The translations under genes were made by a program, and so were the position numbers. Shown piece after piece: positions 9,837 through 19,584 of a DNA stretch of 64,000 nucleotides. Where the stretch lies: NCBI GenBank assembly GCA_021809805.1, contig JAJZKA010000001.1, positions 15,246 through 79,245 on the forward strand, written 5' to 3'. The stretch comes from Actinomycetes bacterium (lineage in GTDB: Bacteria; Actinomycetota; Acidimicrobiia; Acidimicrobiales; Bog-793). Within the stretch, counting starts at the first letter, position 1; each line of letters starts with the position of its first letter. Below the pieces are notes generated by a model, which saw only the letters and a program-made list of their open reading frames with translations, was not told the origin of the DNA and searched no databases.

Positions 9837-10960
9837 CACTTGGCCGACAGCGCCGCAGCCTTTTGGCTGAGGCGGTCGATGAGGTCATCGAAGGACCTGC
9901 TGAACGCGGCGATCCCTTCGAGCTCGAGGGTCTTGGTGACGTCGTCGAAGTCGACGCCCACCTCGGCGAGGCCGGCGAGATCCGCCCGAGCCTCCTCGAC
10001 GCCGGCATCGACCGTGCGGGCGAGCGTGCCGTGGTCCAAGAAACCGTCCACGGTCGCCCCCGGCATGGTGTTCACGGTGTCGGGGCCGATGAGGCCGTCC
10101 ACGTAGATCAGATCGGGGTAGTTGGGGTTCTTGGTCGAGGTCGAAGCCCACAGCGGCCGCTGCACCTTGGCGCCCTTGGCGGCGAGGGCCGCGAAGCGCT
10201 GCGACCCGAAGCGCTCGCCGAACAGGGCGTAGGCGAGCTTGGCGTTGGCGATGGCCGCCTTGCCGCGCAGCTCCGCGGCCCGCTTGGCGGCGGCGCCGTT
10301 TTCGGCAACGACCGCCTCGAGGCGCCGGTCCACTTCGGTGTCGACCCGGCTGACAAAGAACGAGGCGACCGAGGCGACCCGACTCGGGTCGCCGCCGGCG
10401 GCGACGAGACGCTCCAGCCCATTCAGGTAGGCCTCGATGACTGCGCCGTAGCGTTCGAGGGAGAAGATCAAGGTGACATTGACGCTCTTGCCGGCGGCGA
10501 TGGTCTCCTCGATCGCCGGGATTCCCTCGAGCGAGGCGGGGATCTTCACGAACAAGTTGGGCTTGGCGATCCGCTCGTGCAGGTCCTTCGCGGCCGCTGC
10601 GGTGCCGGCGCTGTCGTGGGCGAGCGACGGGGCGACTTCGAGGGAGACGAAGCCGTCGGTGCCACCGGACTCGTCGTACATCGGCCGGAAGAGGTCGAGC
10701 GCGCCGTTGATGTCGGCGATGACCATGTCCCAGTAGGCGTCGTCAACCGAGGCGCCGGCGTCAATCAGCGACGCGAACTGCTCGTCATAGTCGCTGCCTT
10801 CAGAGATCGCCTTTGCCATGATCGTGGGGTTGGAGGTCACCCCCCGGATGCCTGAGTCAATCAGGCGCTGCAGGCCCCCGGCGACGACATAGCTGCGCTT
10901 CAGGTCGTCGATCCAGGGGCTCTGGCCCTGCTGCTCGTAGAGATCGTGCAGACGGGTCAC
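9836..10960 (-). CDS. tal: Transaldolase
   Basis: Motifs SPWIDDL, RGVTSNPTI, FVSLEV, FVKIPA and SFFVSRVD. First gene of the minus-strand PPP operon. Confidence 0.9.
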   Translation of the reverse strand: MTRLHDLYEQQGQSPWIDDLKRSYVVAGGLQRLIDSGIRGVTSNPTIMAKAISEGSDYDEQFASLIDAGASVDDAYWDMVIADINGALDLFRPMYDESGGTDGFVSLEVAPSLAHDSAGTAAAAKDLHERIAKPNLFVKIPASLEGIPAIEETIAAGKSVNVTLIFSLERYGAVIEAYLNGLERLVAAGGDPSRVASVASFFVSRVDTEVDRRLEAVVAENGAAAKRAAELRGKAAIANAKLAYALFGERFGSQRFAALAAKGAKVQRPLWASTSTKNPNYPDLIYVDGLIGPDTVNTMPGATVDGFLDHGTLARTVDAGVEEARADLAGLAEVGVDFDDVTKTLELEGIAAFSRSFDDLIDRLSQKAAALSAK

Positions 10961-11071
10961 GGGCCGCTCCTCTTGGTCGCCAGATCCGGGCCGCGCCGGC
11001 GATGCACCGGCGGGCCGCTCTTCAGCGAGATCCTATGGGCGCAGCTGGGGGGGCCGGCCAGTCGGGAGGGC

Positions 11072-11863
11072 TCAGGCGCCGGTGGAGGGGCTCTTCGGTG
11101 CCGCCGCGCCGCTCGCCGCGCCGGCGAAGGCGGCCGAGGGCTTGAACTTCGGTTCGCTCAGGCGGACCGTCGCGCCATGCACCCGGGCCAGCAGGTGGAT
11201 GATCCACCAGCCCGGGTCGAGCTCGCCCTTGACATGGGCGAGGCGCGCCGCGGTCGGGGCGGCGTGGTGGTTGTTGTGCAGTCCCTCACCAGCGGTGAGG
11301 AACGCGAGCCACTGATTGTTGCGGGCGGTGTTTTCGTAGCGCTGGCGCCCGACGGTGTGGCCGATCGCGTTGATCGCCCCGTTCAACAGCAGGTAGCTCA
11401 CCGTGTGCACGGCTGCCGCGATCAGCCCGTACTGCCAGCCGAGCGAGACACACAACAAGGCGATGCCGATCCCGAGGCCGACAAAGGCGTGGTCGAACAG
11501 CCCGCGGTCCCAGGCATCGGGCGGCAGGTCCTTCGCGTAGCGCTGGACGGTCTCCCCGTCGCGGGCGCAGCGGCGGTAGAGCGCGGCGTTCGCGAGCTGG
11601 ACCTTCCAAAAGCCGAGAAGCACAGGGGAGTGCGGGTCACCCTCGACGTCGGTGAAGGCGTGGTGGCGGCGGTGCACCGCGGCCCACTGACGGGGCCGGA
11701 TGCCCGTTGACATCCAGAGGAAGAACCGGAAGGCGAACCCGATCGGCCGGGAGTAGGTCACCGCCCGATGCGAGACGCCGCGATGCAGATACAGCGTCGT
11801 GCAGATCAGCGCTGCCTGGCTCACCGCAAGGCCGACGAGGATGGCGACCACGAGCTGGGGCAC
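11072..11863 (-). CDS. Membrane fatty-acid (acyl-CoA/acyl-lipid delta-9 type) desaturase
   Basis: Three histidine boxes (HRGVSH, HRRHH, HNNHH) together with hydrophobic segments. Confidence 0.8.
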   Translation of the reverse strand: MPQLVVAILVGLAVSQAALICTTLYLHRGVSHRAVTYSRPIGFAFRFFLWMSTGIRPRQWAAVHRRHHAFTDVEGDPHSPVLLGFWKVQLANAALYRRCARDGETVQRYAKDLPPDAWDRGLFDHAFVGLGIGIALLCVSLGWQYGLIAAAVHTVSYLLLNGAINAIGHTVGRQRYENTARNNQWLAFLTAGEGLHNNHHAAPTAARLAHVKGELDPGWWIIHLLARVHGATVRLSEPKFKPSAAFAGAASGAAAPKSPSTGA

Positions 11864-11946
11864 GGCCGAAGGCTAGCAGCGCGACCCTGCGGGGTCGGTC
11901 AGCAAGGTCGGCCCGGTGCGCAATGCGGGACGAGTAGCCTCTCGGC

Positions 11947-12300
11947 GTGGCTCGGACCAGGCAAGGTGGCTTCGCCAGTCGACTGTCCTTTGGGGCGGAG
12001 CGTGCCGAGCTGACCGAGACGGCTCGGCTGGCGTGGCGCTATGTGCTCCAAGAGACGGTCGGCCCGCTCAAGGGTCTTGCCAAGCGTGCCGGACTTGCGC
12101 TCGCCGGGGCCTTCGCGCTCGCCGTGGGCCTCGTCGTTCTCCTGATTGGGCTGCTGCGATTGATCCAGGGCGAGACCGGGAGCACCTTCTCGGGCAGCCT
12201 GAGCTTTTTGCCTTACCTGCTTACCGCGATCGGGGCGCTCATCGTCTTCGGGATTGCTGCGGCGATCGGGCTTCGCTCAAAGGAGGGCTCGGACCGATGA
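11947..12300 (+). CDS. Small 2-TM membrane protein (holin-X/phage-holin-like family of Actinobacteria)
   Basis: Two hydrophobic helices (LALAGAFALAVGLVVLLIGLL; LLTAIGALIVFGIAAAIGL). First of three small, tightly spaced ORFs upstream of trmI. Confidence 0.5.
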   Translation: MARTRQGGFASRLSFGAERAELTETARLAWRYVLQETVGPLKGLAKRAGLALAGAFALAVGLVVLLIGLLRLIQGETGSTFSGSLSFLPYLLTAIGALIVFGIAAAIGLRSKEGSDR

Positions 12301-12346
12301 ACGCGCCACGATGCGGGACGCGGACTTGTGAGGAGAAGGGGGCACA

Positions 12347-12598
12347 GTGATCGGACTCGAGCTCGCCCATCGGCTGTCCGCGACCGCGGAGTCGGGGGAC
12401 AAGATCTCGCTCGGCCAGATCGAGCAGCGCCTGCGCGCCGTGCGCTCGGAGGTGGCCGAGTCGGCCAAGGGCGCGGCCAGCCCGGGCGTCGTGGCAATCG
12501 CCGGCGCCGCCGGTCTGTGCGTCGTGTTGTTGAGCTACCTGCTCGGGCGCCGCCGTGGCAAGCGCCGAGCGACCGTGCTCGAGATCCGCCGGATCTGA
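12347..12598 (+). CDS. Small C-terminally anchored membrane protein
   Basis: Helical N-terminus, one C-terminal TM helix (VVAIAGAAGLCVVLLSYLLG) and a basic tail. Confidence 0.45.
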   Translation: MIGLELAHRLSATAESGDKISLGQIEQRLRAVRSEVAESAKGAASPGVVAIAGAAGLCVVLLSYLLGRRRGKRRATVLEIRRI

Positions 12599-12602
12599 GC
12601 CG

Positions 12603-12875
12603 ATGTTCGGCTTCCTCGATGCCGCCGCGCTGCGCGCGATGCGGCGCTTTGTGCAGCGCACGATCGGTGGTGACCCGCGCTACGCGGTCCTTGCCGTCAC
12701 CGCGCTGTTGCTCCATCTCGCGCTGCGGCCCGAGAAGCCGAGGATCGCCCGGGAGGAGCTCGCCCTCGGCGAGGCGCTGGTCGTTCGTCACCTCCCTCCG
12801 GCGCCGACGCGGCGCCAGCGTCGCAAGCAGGCTCGCGCGAAGGCGCTGGCGCGCGTCGTTTCCACTGGCGAGTGA
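12603..12875 (+). CDS. Small hypothetical protein
   Basis: ATG 12603 lies 5 nt after the preceding stop. The stop overlaps the trmI GTG start (GTGA). One hydrophobic segment (YAVLAVTALLLHLAL). Confidence 0.4.
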   Translation: MFGFLDAAALRAMRRFVQRTIGGDPRYAVLAVTALLLHLALRPEKPRIAREELALGEALVVRHLPPAPTRRQRRKQARAKALARVVSTGE

Positions 12876-13687
12876 GCGCCTGGGCGACGCCGCGCGGCGT
12901 CTTGCAAGCCGGTGAGCGGGTGCTGCTGATCGACCCGAAAGAGCGTCGCTATCTCGTCCGCCTGCAGCATGGCGGTCGGTTCCAGACGCACTCGGGGATC
13001 ATTGAGCACGACGAGGTGATCGGCGGCCCGGCCGGCGGAGAGATCGTCGCACACCGGGGCGAGGGGGAGGGGCGCCGCTTCCTCGTCTTTCGGCCGACGC
13101 TCAGCGACCTCGTGGTGAAGATGCCCCGTGGGGCCCAGGTGATCTACCCAAAGGACCTCGGCGCGATCCTGCTCACGGCGGACCTGTTCCCCGGGGCGCG
13201 GGTGCTCGAGGCCGGTGTCGGCTCGGGTGCGTTGTCGATGGCGGCGCTCCGCGCCGGCTGCGAGGTGACCGGCTATGAGATCCGGGACGACTTCGCCGAG
13301 CGCGCCCGGGCGAACGTCGCCGCGCTCTTGGGGGAGACTGCGCCCTATCGGGTCGAGTCCCGCGACATCTACGAGCACATCGCCGAGGAGGGGTTCGACC
13401 GCGTCCTGCTCGATTTGCCCGAGCCATGGCGGGTCGTGCCGCATGCCGAAGCAGCCCTCGTACCAGGCGGAATCCTGCTTGCCTACCTCCCGACGATCAA
13501 CCAGACCGCCGAGCTGCGGGCCGCGCTCGACCGCTCGTGCTTCGCGGCTGCCGAGACGATCGAGGTGCTCCAGCGCTCGTGGCACGTCGAGGGCCGCTCG
13601 GTTCGCCCAGACCACCGCATGGTCGCGCACACGGGTTTTCTCACCTCAGCGCGCCTCGTCCGGCGCAGCGCCGGGTCGCCGCAGTGA
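12872..13687 (+). CDS. trmI: tRNA (adenine58-N1)-methyltransferase
   Basis: Motifs GAQVIYPKDLGAILLTADLFPGARVLEAGVGSGALS and LDLPEPW. Sits beside the proteasome ATPase gene, as in other Actinobacteria. Confidence 0.85.
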   Translation: MSAWATPRGVLQAGERVLLIDPKERRYLVRLQHGGRFQTHSGIIEHDEVIGGPAGGEIVAHRGEGEGRRFLVFRPTLSDLVVKMPRGAQVIYPKDLGAILLTADLFPGARVLEAGVGSGALSMAALRAGCEVTGYEIRDDFAERARANVAALLGETAPYRVESRDIYEHIAEEGFDRVLLDLPEPWRVVPHAEAALVPGGILLAYLPTINQTAELRAALDRSCFAAAETIEVLQRSWHVEGRSVRPDHRMVAHTGFLTSARLVRRSAGSPQ

Positions 13688-13762
13688 GTGATTCGACCCA
13701 TCGGCGCGTCGCGCCCGTTGGGCCATCCGCCATGGCAACGGGAGCGCGATCCGGCGTGCGGT

Positions 13763-13999
13763 TCAGTCCCGCTCGATGAAGATGCACTCGCCGGGGCACT
13801 CCTCGGCGGCCTCGGTCACGGCGTCCTCGAGACCAGGCGCGACGTCGACCATGCCGGCGGCGCCGCCAGGATCGCTCATCACCTTGTCGCCGTTCTTGAC
13901 GTAGGCAAGACCATCGTCGAGCAGGGTGAACACGCTCGGACAGATCTCTTCGCACAATCCGTCACCGGTGCAGAGATCCTGGTCGATCCAGACCTTCAT
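13763..13999 (-). CDS. Ferredoxin (small single-cluster type)
   Basis: [21 protein letters not shown]...[13 protein letters not shown] 13999 chosen inside ORF 13763..14176. Confidence 0.8.
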   Translation of the reverse strand: MKVWIDQDLCTGDGLCEEICPSVFTLLDDGLAYVKNGDKVMSDPGGAAGMVDVAPGLEDAVTEAAEECPGECIFIERD

Positions 14000-14178
14000 G
14001 GGCGGGCGCGCTCCTTTTGTGGGCCGGCTCCCCAGCGTATCGGAGGAGCCACGCAAGGTCGCGCAATGGCGGCGGACAGCGCGGAAATGACGCGCCGGTC
14101 CGGCGGGGGCAGAGGTGTAGGGTCCGCGAGAACGGCGCTGCAGCGAGAGTGCCGGGCCGGCAAGGAGGTGGTCCAAAG

Positions 14179-15909
14179 ATGGACGAGCTAGAGCTCGCCG
14201 AGCTGAGGACGAGGGCCGAGACGGCCGAAGAGGAGATCAACGAGCTCCGTCATCGTCTCTCGGAGGCGCCCCAACGCGTCCGCGTGCTCGAAGAGCGGCT
14301 GCTTGAGGTGAAGGGCCAGCTCGCCCAGGCGCTTGCGCAGAACGAGCGCCTGACCTTCACCTTGCAGCAGGCCAAGGAGAACGTCACCGCGCTGCGCGAG
14401 GAGGTGGACAAGCTCACGCGCCCTCCGAGCGCCTACGGCACCTTCTTGCAGGCCAACGACGACGGCACGGTGGATGTGATGACGAGCGGTCGCAAGATGC
14501 GGGTCGCGCTGCACCCCTCGCTCGATGCCAGCGAACTCGCGCGCGGCCAGGAGGTCGTCCTGAACGAGTCGTTCAACGTCGTGCTCGCCCGGGCCGGCGA
14601 ACGGGCCGGCGAGGTGGTCACGATCGAGGAGCTCCTCGAGGACGGTACCCGCGCGCGCGTCGTCGGCCGGGCTGATGAGGTGCGCGTGGCCGAGCTCGCC
14701 GCGTCGCTGCAAGGGACGCGGCTTCGCGCCGGCGACAGCGTGCTCATGGACCCGCGCACCGCGCTGTTGCTGGAGAAGCTGCCCCGACCCGAGATCGACG
14801 AGGTGGTGCTCGAAGAGGTGCCCGACGTCGCCTATGGGGACATCGGCGGCCTCGATGACCAGATCGAAGCGATCACCGATGCCGTTGAGCTGCCGTTCTT
14901 GCACCGCGAGCTGTTCGCCGAACACCAGCTGCCTGCGCCCAAGGGGATCTTGCTCTACGGACCGCCGGGATGCGGCAAGACGCTCATCGCCAAGGCGGTG
15001 GCGAACTCGCTCGCAAAGAAGGTGGCCGAGCGCACGGGGAACGAGAACGTGCGCAGCTACTTCCTCAACATCAAGGGCCCCGAGCTGTTGAACAAGTATG
15101 TCGGGGAGACCGAGCGCCAGATCCGCCTCGTCTTCCAGCGGGCGCGGGAGAAGGCCGCCGAGGGCGTGCCCGTGATCGTCTTTTTCGACGAGATGGACTC
15201 GCTGTTTCGCACGCGGGGCACCGGGATCAGCTCGGACATGGAGTCGACGATCGTCCCCCAGCTCCTGGCGGAGATCGACGGCGTGGAGACGCTTCGGGAC
15301 GTGATCGTGATCGGCGCCTCCAACCGGGAGGACCTCATTGACCCGGCGATCCTGCGGCCCGGGCGCCTCGACGTGAAGATCAAGATCGAGCGGCCGAACG
15401 AGGCGGCGGCGCAGCAGATCTTCGCCCGCTATCTGCACGCTGGCCTGCCCCTCGATGCCGGCGCGGTGAGCCAACTCGGTGGCGGCGATCCTGCGAAGGC
15501 GGTCGCGGCCATGATCGAGCACACCGTGCGCGAGATGTATCGGGCCGACGACGAAAACCGCTTCTTGGAGGTCACCTACCAAAACGGTGATAAGGAGATC
15601 TTGTACTTCAAGGACTTCGCCTCGGGTGCCATGATCGAGAACATCGTCCGGCGGGCGAAGAAGCTCGCGATCAAGCGAGCGCTGGCCGGCACCGGCCGCG
15701 GAATCCGGCCCACGGACCTGCTCGAGTCGATCAAGCAGGAGTACAAGGAGAACGAGGACCTGCCGAACACGACCAACCCGGACGACTGGGCGAAGATCTC
15801 GGGCAAGAAGGGCGAGCGCATCGTCTACGTGCGCACGATCTTCGACCACGGGGACGAAACCCGAGGTGGGCGGGCGATCGAGCACGTCGGCACCGGGCAG
15901 TACCTGTGA
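14179..15909 (+). CDS. arc: Proteasome-associated AAA ATPase (Mpa/ARC)
   Basis: AAGGAGG sits 10 nt upstream of ATG 14179. Has an N-terminal coiled coil, Walker A GPPGCGKT and Walker [10 protein letters not shown]. The C-terminus ends in GQYL, the proteasome-docking motif. Confidence 0.95.
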   Translation: MDELELAELRTRAETAEEEINELRHRLSEAPQRVRVLEERLLEVKGQLAQALAQNERLTFTLQQAKENVTALREEVDKLTRPPSAYGTFLQANDDGTVDVMTSGRKMRVALHPSLDASELARGQEVVLNESFNVVLARAGERAGEVVTIEELLEDGTRARVVGRADEVRVAELAASLQGTRLRAGDSVLMDPRTALLLEKLPRPEIDEVVLEEVPDVAYGDIGGLDDQIEAITDAVELPFLHRELFAEHQLPAPKGILLYGPPGCGKTLIAKAVANSLAKKVAERTGNENVRSYFLNIKGPELLNKYVGETERQIRLVFQRAREKAAEGVPVIVFFDEMDSLFRTRGTGISSDMESTIVPQLLAEIDGVETLRDVIVIGASNREDLIDPAILRPGRLDVKIKIERPNEAAAQQIFARYLHAGLPLDAGAVSQLGGGDPAKAVAAMIEHTVREMYRADDENRFLEVTYQNGDKEILYFKDFASGAMIENIVRRAKKLAIKRALAGTGRGIRPTDLLESIKQEYKENEDLPNTTNPDDWAKISGKKGERIVYVRTIFDHGDETRGGRAIEHVGTGQYL

Positions 15910-15955
15910 GTGGTCCGCAGCGGGCCTTCGCAGCGTGATCCACTAGCGTCCGAAC

Positions 15956-17443
15956 GTGGCCCTTCCCAAGGTCCTCGGGATCGAGACGGAGTATGGCATT
16001 CAGGCCGTCAACGTGCCCGACTCCAACCCGACGAGCGCGGCCTCGCTGCTCATCAACGCGTACGTGAGCGAACTCGCCCAGGGCGTCGGCTGGGACTTCG
16101 AAGACGAGTCGCCCGGGCGCGACGCCCGGGGGTTCGTACGCGACGGCGCCCAGGCACCCGAGGTCGAGCGGCATCTCGTCAACACCGTGCTGACCAACGG
16201 GGCGCGCTATTACGTTGACCACGCGCACCCCGAGTACTCGGGCCCTGAGTGCTCCTCGCCGCGCCAGCTCGTCACCTACGACCGGGCGGGGGAGGTGATC
16301 CTGCAGCGCTCGATGGCTGCTGCCCGCCGGATCCTGCCGCCGGGCCAGGAGATCGTCGTCTACAAGAACAATTCCGACGGGAAGGGCAACTCCTATGGTT
16401 GCCACGAGAACTATCTCGTCGACCGTGCGGTCCCCTTTCCTCGCCTCGCCCGCTTGGCATGCGCGCACCTCGTCACCCGCCAGATCTACACGGGCGCCGG
16501 CAAGGTGGGCTGCGAGGAGGAGGGCGCCGAGCGGGCGCGCTTTGAGATCAGTCAGCGCGCGGACTTCTTCGAGGAAGAGGTCGGCCTCGAGACGACCCTC
16601 AAGCGGCCGATCGTGAACACCCGTGACGAGCCGCATGCCGACCCCCAGCGCTATCGCCGGCTGCACGTCATCACCGGGGACGCCAACCTCGCTGAGACCG
16701 CGACCTTCTTGAAGGTGGGGGTGACCGCCCTCGTGCTGATGCTGCTCGAGGATGACGCGCTCGGCCCGCGCGAGCTCGTGCTCGCTGAGCCGGTGCGGGC
16801 GATCCACGAGATCTCCCACGATCCGAGCCTCCGCACCACCCTCGAGCTCGTGGACGGGACGACGTTGACCGCTCTCGAGCTGCAGTGGGAGCTCTACGAC
16901 CTCGCCCGCAAATACGCCGAGGAACGCGGCCTGGCGGCGATTGGGAGTGAGGATGAGGGCACCGAGGTCCTCCAGCGCTGGGAGCACGTCCTCGGCGCGC
17001 TCGAGTCGGACCCGGCCAGCCTGTCGCGCGAGCTCGATTGGGTGGCGAAGTACGAGCTCGTCAATGCCTACTGCGAGCGCCACGGCTGCGGTCTCGACGA
17101 CCACCGGGTCGCGGCCTTGGATCTGCAGTACCACGACCTGCGGCCCGAGCGCTCCCTGTTCAGTCGCCTGCGCGTCGACACCTTGGTGGATCCGGCCGAG
17201 GTGGAGCGCGCGGTGACGGATCCACCGCCAAGCACCCGAGCCTTTTTCCGGGGCGAGTGCCTGAAGCGCTTCGCCCCCTCCATCGTGGCCGCGAACTGGG
17301 ATTCGATCGTCTTCGACGTCGGTCAGGACGCGCTCCAGCGGGTCCCGATGATGGAACCCCTGCGGGGAACGGCGGCACACGTGGGTACGCTCTTGGATGA
17401 GGTCCACAGCCCCGCCGAGCTGCTCGCACGGCTCAGTGGGTAG
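15956..17443 (+). CDS. dop: Pup deamidase/depupylase
   Basis: LGIETEYG N-terminus and [11 protein letters not shown]. Paralogous to the pafA ORF. Located between arc and pup. GTG start. Confidence 0.9.
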   Translation: MALPKVLGIETEYGIQAVNVPDSNPTSAASLLINAYVSELAQGVGWDFEDESPGRDARGFVRDGAQAPEVERHLVNTVLTNGARYYVDHAHPEYSGPECSSPRQLVTYDRAGEVILQRSMAAARRILPPGQEIVVYKNNSDGKGNSYGCHENYLVDRAVPFPRLARLACAHLVTRQIYTGAGKVGCEEEGAERARFEISQRADFFEEEVGLETTLKRPIVNTRDEPHADPQRYRRLHVITGDANLAETATFLKVGVTALVLMLLEDDALGPRELVLAEPVRAIHEISHDPSLRTTLELVDGTTLTALELQWELYDLARKYAEERGLAAIGSEDEGTEVLQRWEHVLGALESDPASLSRELDWVAKYELVNAYCERHGCGLDDHRVAALDLQYHDLRPERSLFSRLRVDTLVDPAEVERAVTDPPPSTRAFFRGECLKRFAPSIVAANWDSIVFDVGQDALQRVPMMEPLRGTAAHVGTLLDEVHSPAELLARLSG

Positions 17444-17455
17444 GGGAGGAAACTG

Positions 17456-17656
17456 ATGGCCGAGCGGGAGCTCAAGCGACGCCCGGCGCCCCAACGCGAG
17501 GCGCAGGAAACCGAGGAACAAGAGGCACCGACAACGAACGAGCGCGGCGAGAAGCTGAAGGCCGAGCTCGATGACTTGTTGGACGAGATCGACGAAGTCC
17601 TCGAGGACAACGCTGAGGAGTTCGTCCGCAACTACGTGCAAAAGGGCGGCCAGTAG
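17456..17656 (+). CDS. pup: Prokaryotic ubiquitin-like protein Pup
   Basis: 66 aa, acidic. Contains the conserved LDDLLDEIDEVLE..AEEFV..YVQKGGQ block. The C-terminus is GGQ. Confidence 0.95.
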   Translation: MAERELKRRPAPQREAQETEEQEAPTTNERGEKLKAELDDLLDEIDEVLEDNAEEFVRNYVQKGGQ

Positions 17657-17720
17657 CGCTTGGCGCAGGTGGAGTGGCCGGAGCCGGTGGTCTCGAGCCG
17701 TCCAGTAGGGTGAGCCGGCG

Positions 17721-18530
17721 ATGAGCCTCTACCTCTTTGCTCCTCCGGACGACCCGGGGCCGAGCTTCGCTGCCCTGTGGAGCCGCGTCCACCCCGATGC
17801 CCCGCTCACGACCCCGGTCCCTCCCGACGCGGTGCGCCACGGCACGACGATCGTCGCGCTGCGCCACGCGGGCGGAATCGTGATGGCGGGCGACCGCCGG
17901 GCGACCGAGGGGGTGAGCATCGCCCATCGCACGATCGAGAAGGTCTACCCGGCGGACCGGCTCTCGGCGGTCGCGATCGCCGGGGCCGCCGGGCCGGCGA
18001 TCCAGATGGTGCGGTTGTTCCAGACCCAGCTCGAGCACTACGAGAAGGTCGAGGGCGCGACGCTCTCCCTCGAGGGAAAAGCAAACCAGCTCTCTGAGAT
18101 GGTGCGCGCCCATCTGCCGATGGCGATGCAGGGCCTCGTGGTGGTGCCGCTGTTCGCCGGATGGGATGAGCGACGCGAGGTCGGGCGCATCTTCACCTAT
18201 GACGTGACCGGTGGCCGCTACGAGGAGGCCGACTTTCACGCCACGGGCTCGGGCGGCCGTGATGCGAAGACGACGATCAAGCTCGGCTATCGCGAGCAGC
18301 TGACGCGCGACGAGGCGGTCGAGCTCGCCGTGCAAGCACTGTATGAGGCGGCCGACGAGGACGCTGCCACTGGCGGGCCGGACCCGGTCCGGGGGATCTA
18401 CCCGACCGTCGCGATCGTTTCGGCCGAGGGCTTTGAGCGCGTGGAGGAGAGCGAGGTGGCCTCGCGCTTTGCCGATGTGCTCGCCCGCCGAGAGCGGCCC
18501 GGGGGCCGCAGCGGGGGTGACGTCGAATGA
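17721..18530 (+). CDS. prcB: 20S proteasome beta subunit
   Basis: A propeptide precedes HGTTIVAL, which carries the catalytic Thr. Its stop overlaps the prcA start. Confidence 0.95.
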   Translation: MSLYLFAPPDDPGPSFAALWSRVHPDAPLTTPVPPDAVRHGTTIVALRHAGGIVMAGDRRATEGVSIAHRTIEKVYPADRLSAVAIAGAAGPAIQMVRLFQTQLEHYEKVEGATLSLEGKANQLSEMVRAHLPMAMQGLVVVPLFAGWDERREVGRIFTYDVTGGRYEEADFHATGSGGRDAKTTIKLGYREQLTRDEAVELAVQALYEAADEDAATGGPDPVRGIYPTVAIVSAEGFERVEESEVASRFADVLARRERPGGRSGGDVE

Positions 18531-19222
18531 CCATGCCGTATTACGTCGCGCCCGAACAGGTGATGAAGGACCGGGCCGAGTACGCGCAAAAGGGGATCGC
18601 CCGCGGCCGGGCGCTCGTCGCCGCCGTCTTTTCCGATGGCATCGTGATCGTGGCCGACAATCCCTCCCGGACCTTGCACAAGATCAGCGAGATCTATGAC
18701 CGCGTCGCCTTTGCTGGGGTGGGCCGCTACAACGAGTACGACCAGCTGCGTGTCGCCGGGATTCGCCACGCCGACACCAAGGGCTTTGCCTATTCGCGCG
18801 AAGACGTTGATGCGCGATCGCTGTCGAACATCTACGCCCAGTACCTCGGCCAGGTGTTTACCCATGAGATGAAGCCGCTCGAGGTCGAGATCCTCGTGGC
18901 CGAGCTCGGCGGTGGCCCGGGCGATCACCGCCTCTACCACATTGCCTACGACGGGACCGTCGTCGATGAGGAGCGCTACAGCGTGCTCGGTGGGGAGGCA
19001 GAGGCGATCACGGGCCGCGTGGAGGCGGTGTACTCCCCGAGCTGGAGCTTGGCGGAGGCGCTGCGCGCCTGCGTCGCCGCCCTCGGTGGACCCGAGCGGA
19101 CGCTCGCGCCCGACGACCTCGAGGTTGGCCTGCTGGCGGCGACGAACGGGCGGCGGGCCTTCCGGCGCATCGGGGCCGCTGAGCTTGGCGAGTTGCTCGG
19201 CGCGGGCGCCGAGGAGGGCTAG
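18527..19222 (+). CDS. prcA: 20S proteasome alpha subunit
   Basis: MTMPYYVAPEQVMKDRAEYA... is a typical actinobacterial PrcA N-terminus. Confidence 0.95.
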   Translation: MTMPYYVAPEQVMKDRAEYAQKGIARGRALVAAVFSDGIVIVADNPSRTLHKISEIYDRVAFAGVGRYNEYDQLRVAGIRHADTKGFAYSREDVDARSLSNIYAQYLGQVFTHEMKPLEVEILVAELGGGPGDHRLYHIAYDGTVVDEERYSVLGGEAEAITGRVEAVYSPSWSLAEALRACVAALGGPERTLAPDDLEVGLLAATNGRRAFRRIGAAELGELLGAGAEEG

Positions 19223-19554
19223 CGCCCCTGGCGCCGCCGGAGGCGGCGCCGTAGCCGCCTCCGGCGGGCCGAGGTGCGCCGCTCGTGCCCGGCGCGCAGC
19301 GCGGCGGCCCGCCCGAGCGGACGGGACGGGCTGAACAGGGCATCGACGGCGTCAGCCAGAAGGACCTCGCGGGCGAGCAAGAGCTTGGTCACCGGGACGA
19401 GGACGTCGACCAGGCCCGGCAGGGGATAGGGGCCACCGGTGGTTCCGTGGAGCTCGCTCGGGACCCCCACCGAGCGCAGCCGGGCCGCGAGCACGCGAGC
19501 AGGGAACGCCCCCGCGACACTGATCAGGCGCACCATCGGGCTCGCCGGTTCCAT
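19219..19554 (-). CDS. Hypothetical small protein with Arg-rich tail (possibly DUF2007-like)
   Basis: Fills the prcA-pafA gap on the opposite strand. N-terminal part [28 protein letters not shown]; C-terminal [15 protein letters not shown]. No motif-level support. Confidence 0.35.
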   Translation of the reverse strand: MEPASPMVRLISVAGAFPARVLAARLRSVGVPSELHGTTGGPYPLPGLVDVLVPVTKLLLAREVLLADAVDALFSPSRPLGRAAALRAGHERRTSARRRRLRRRLRRRQGR

Positions 19555-19584
19555 GCGCTTGTGAGGCTACTAGGTTGGCCAACG

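Noticed and set aside
14188-17641. Long minus-strand ORFs 14188..15885 (565 aa) and 15731..17641 (636 aa)
   Set aside because: They are exactly antisense to arc and dop, which carry unambiguous motifs. Their translations are dominated by R, L, G, D and V with no recognisable domain.
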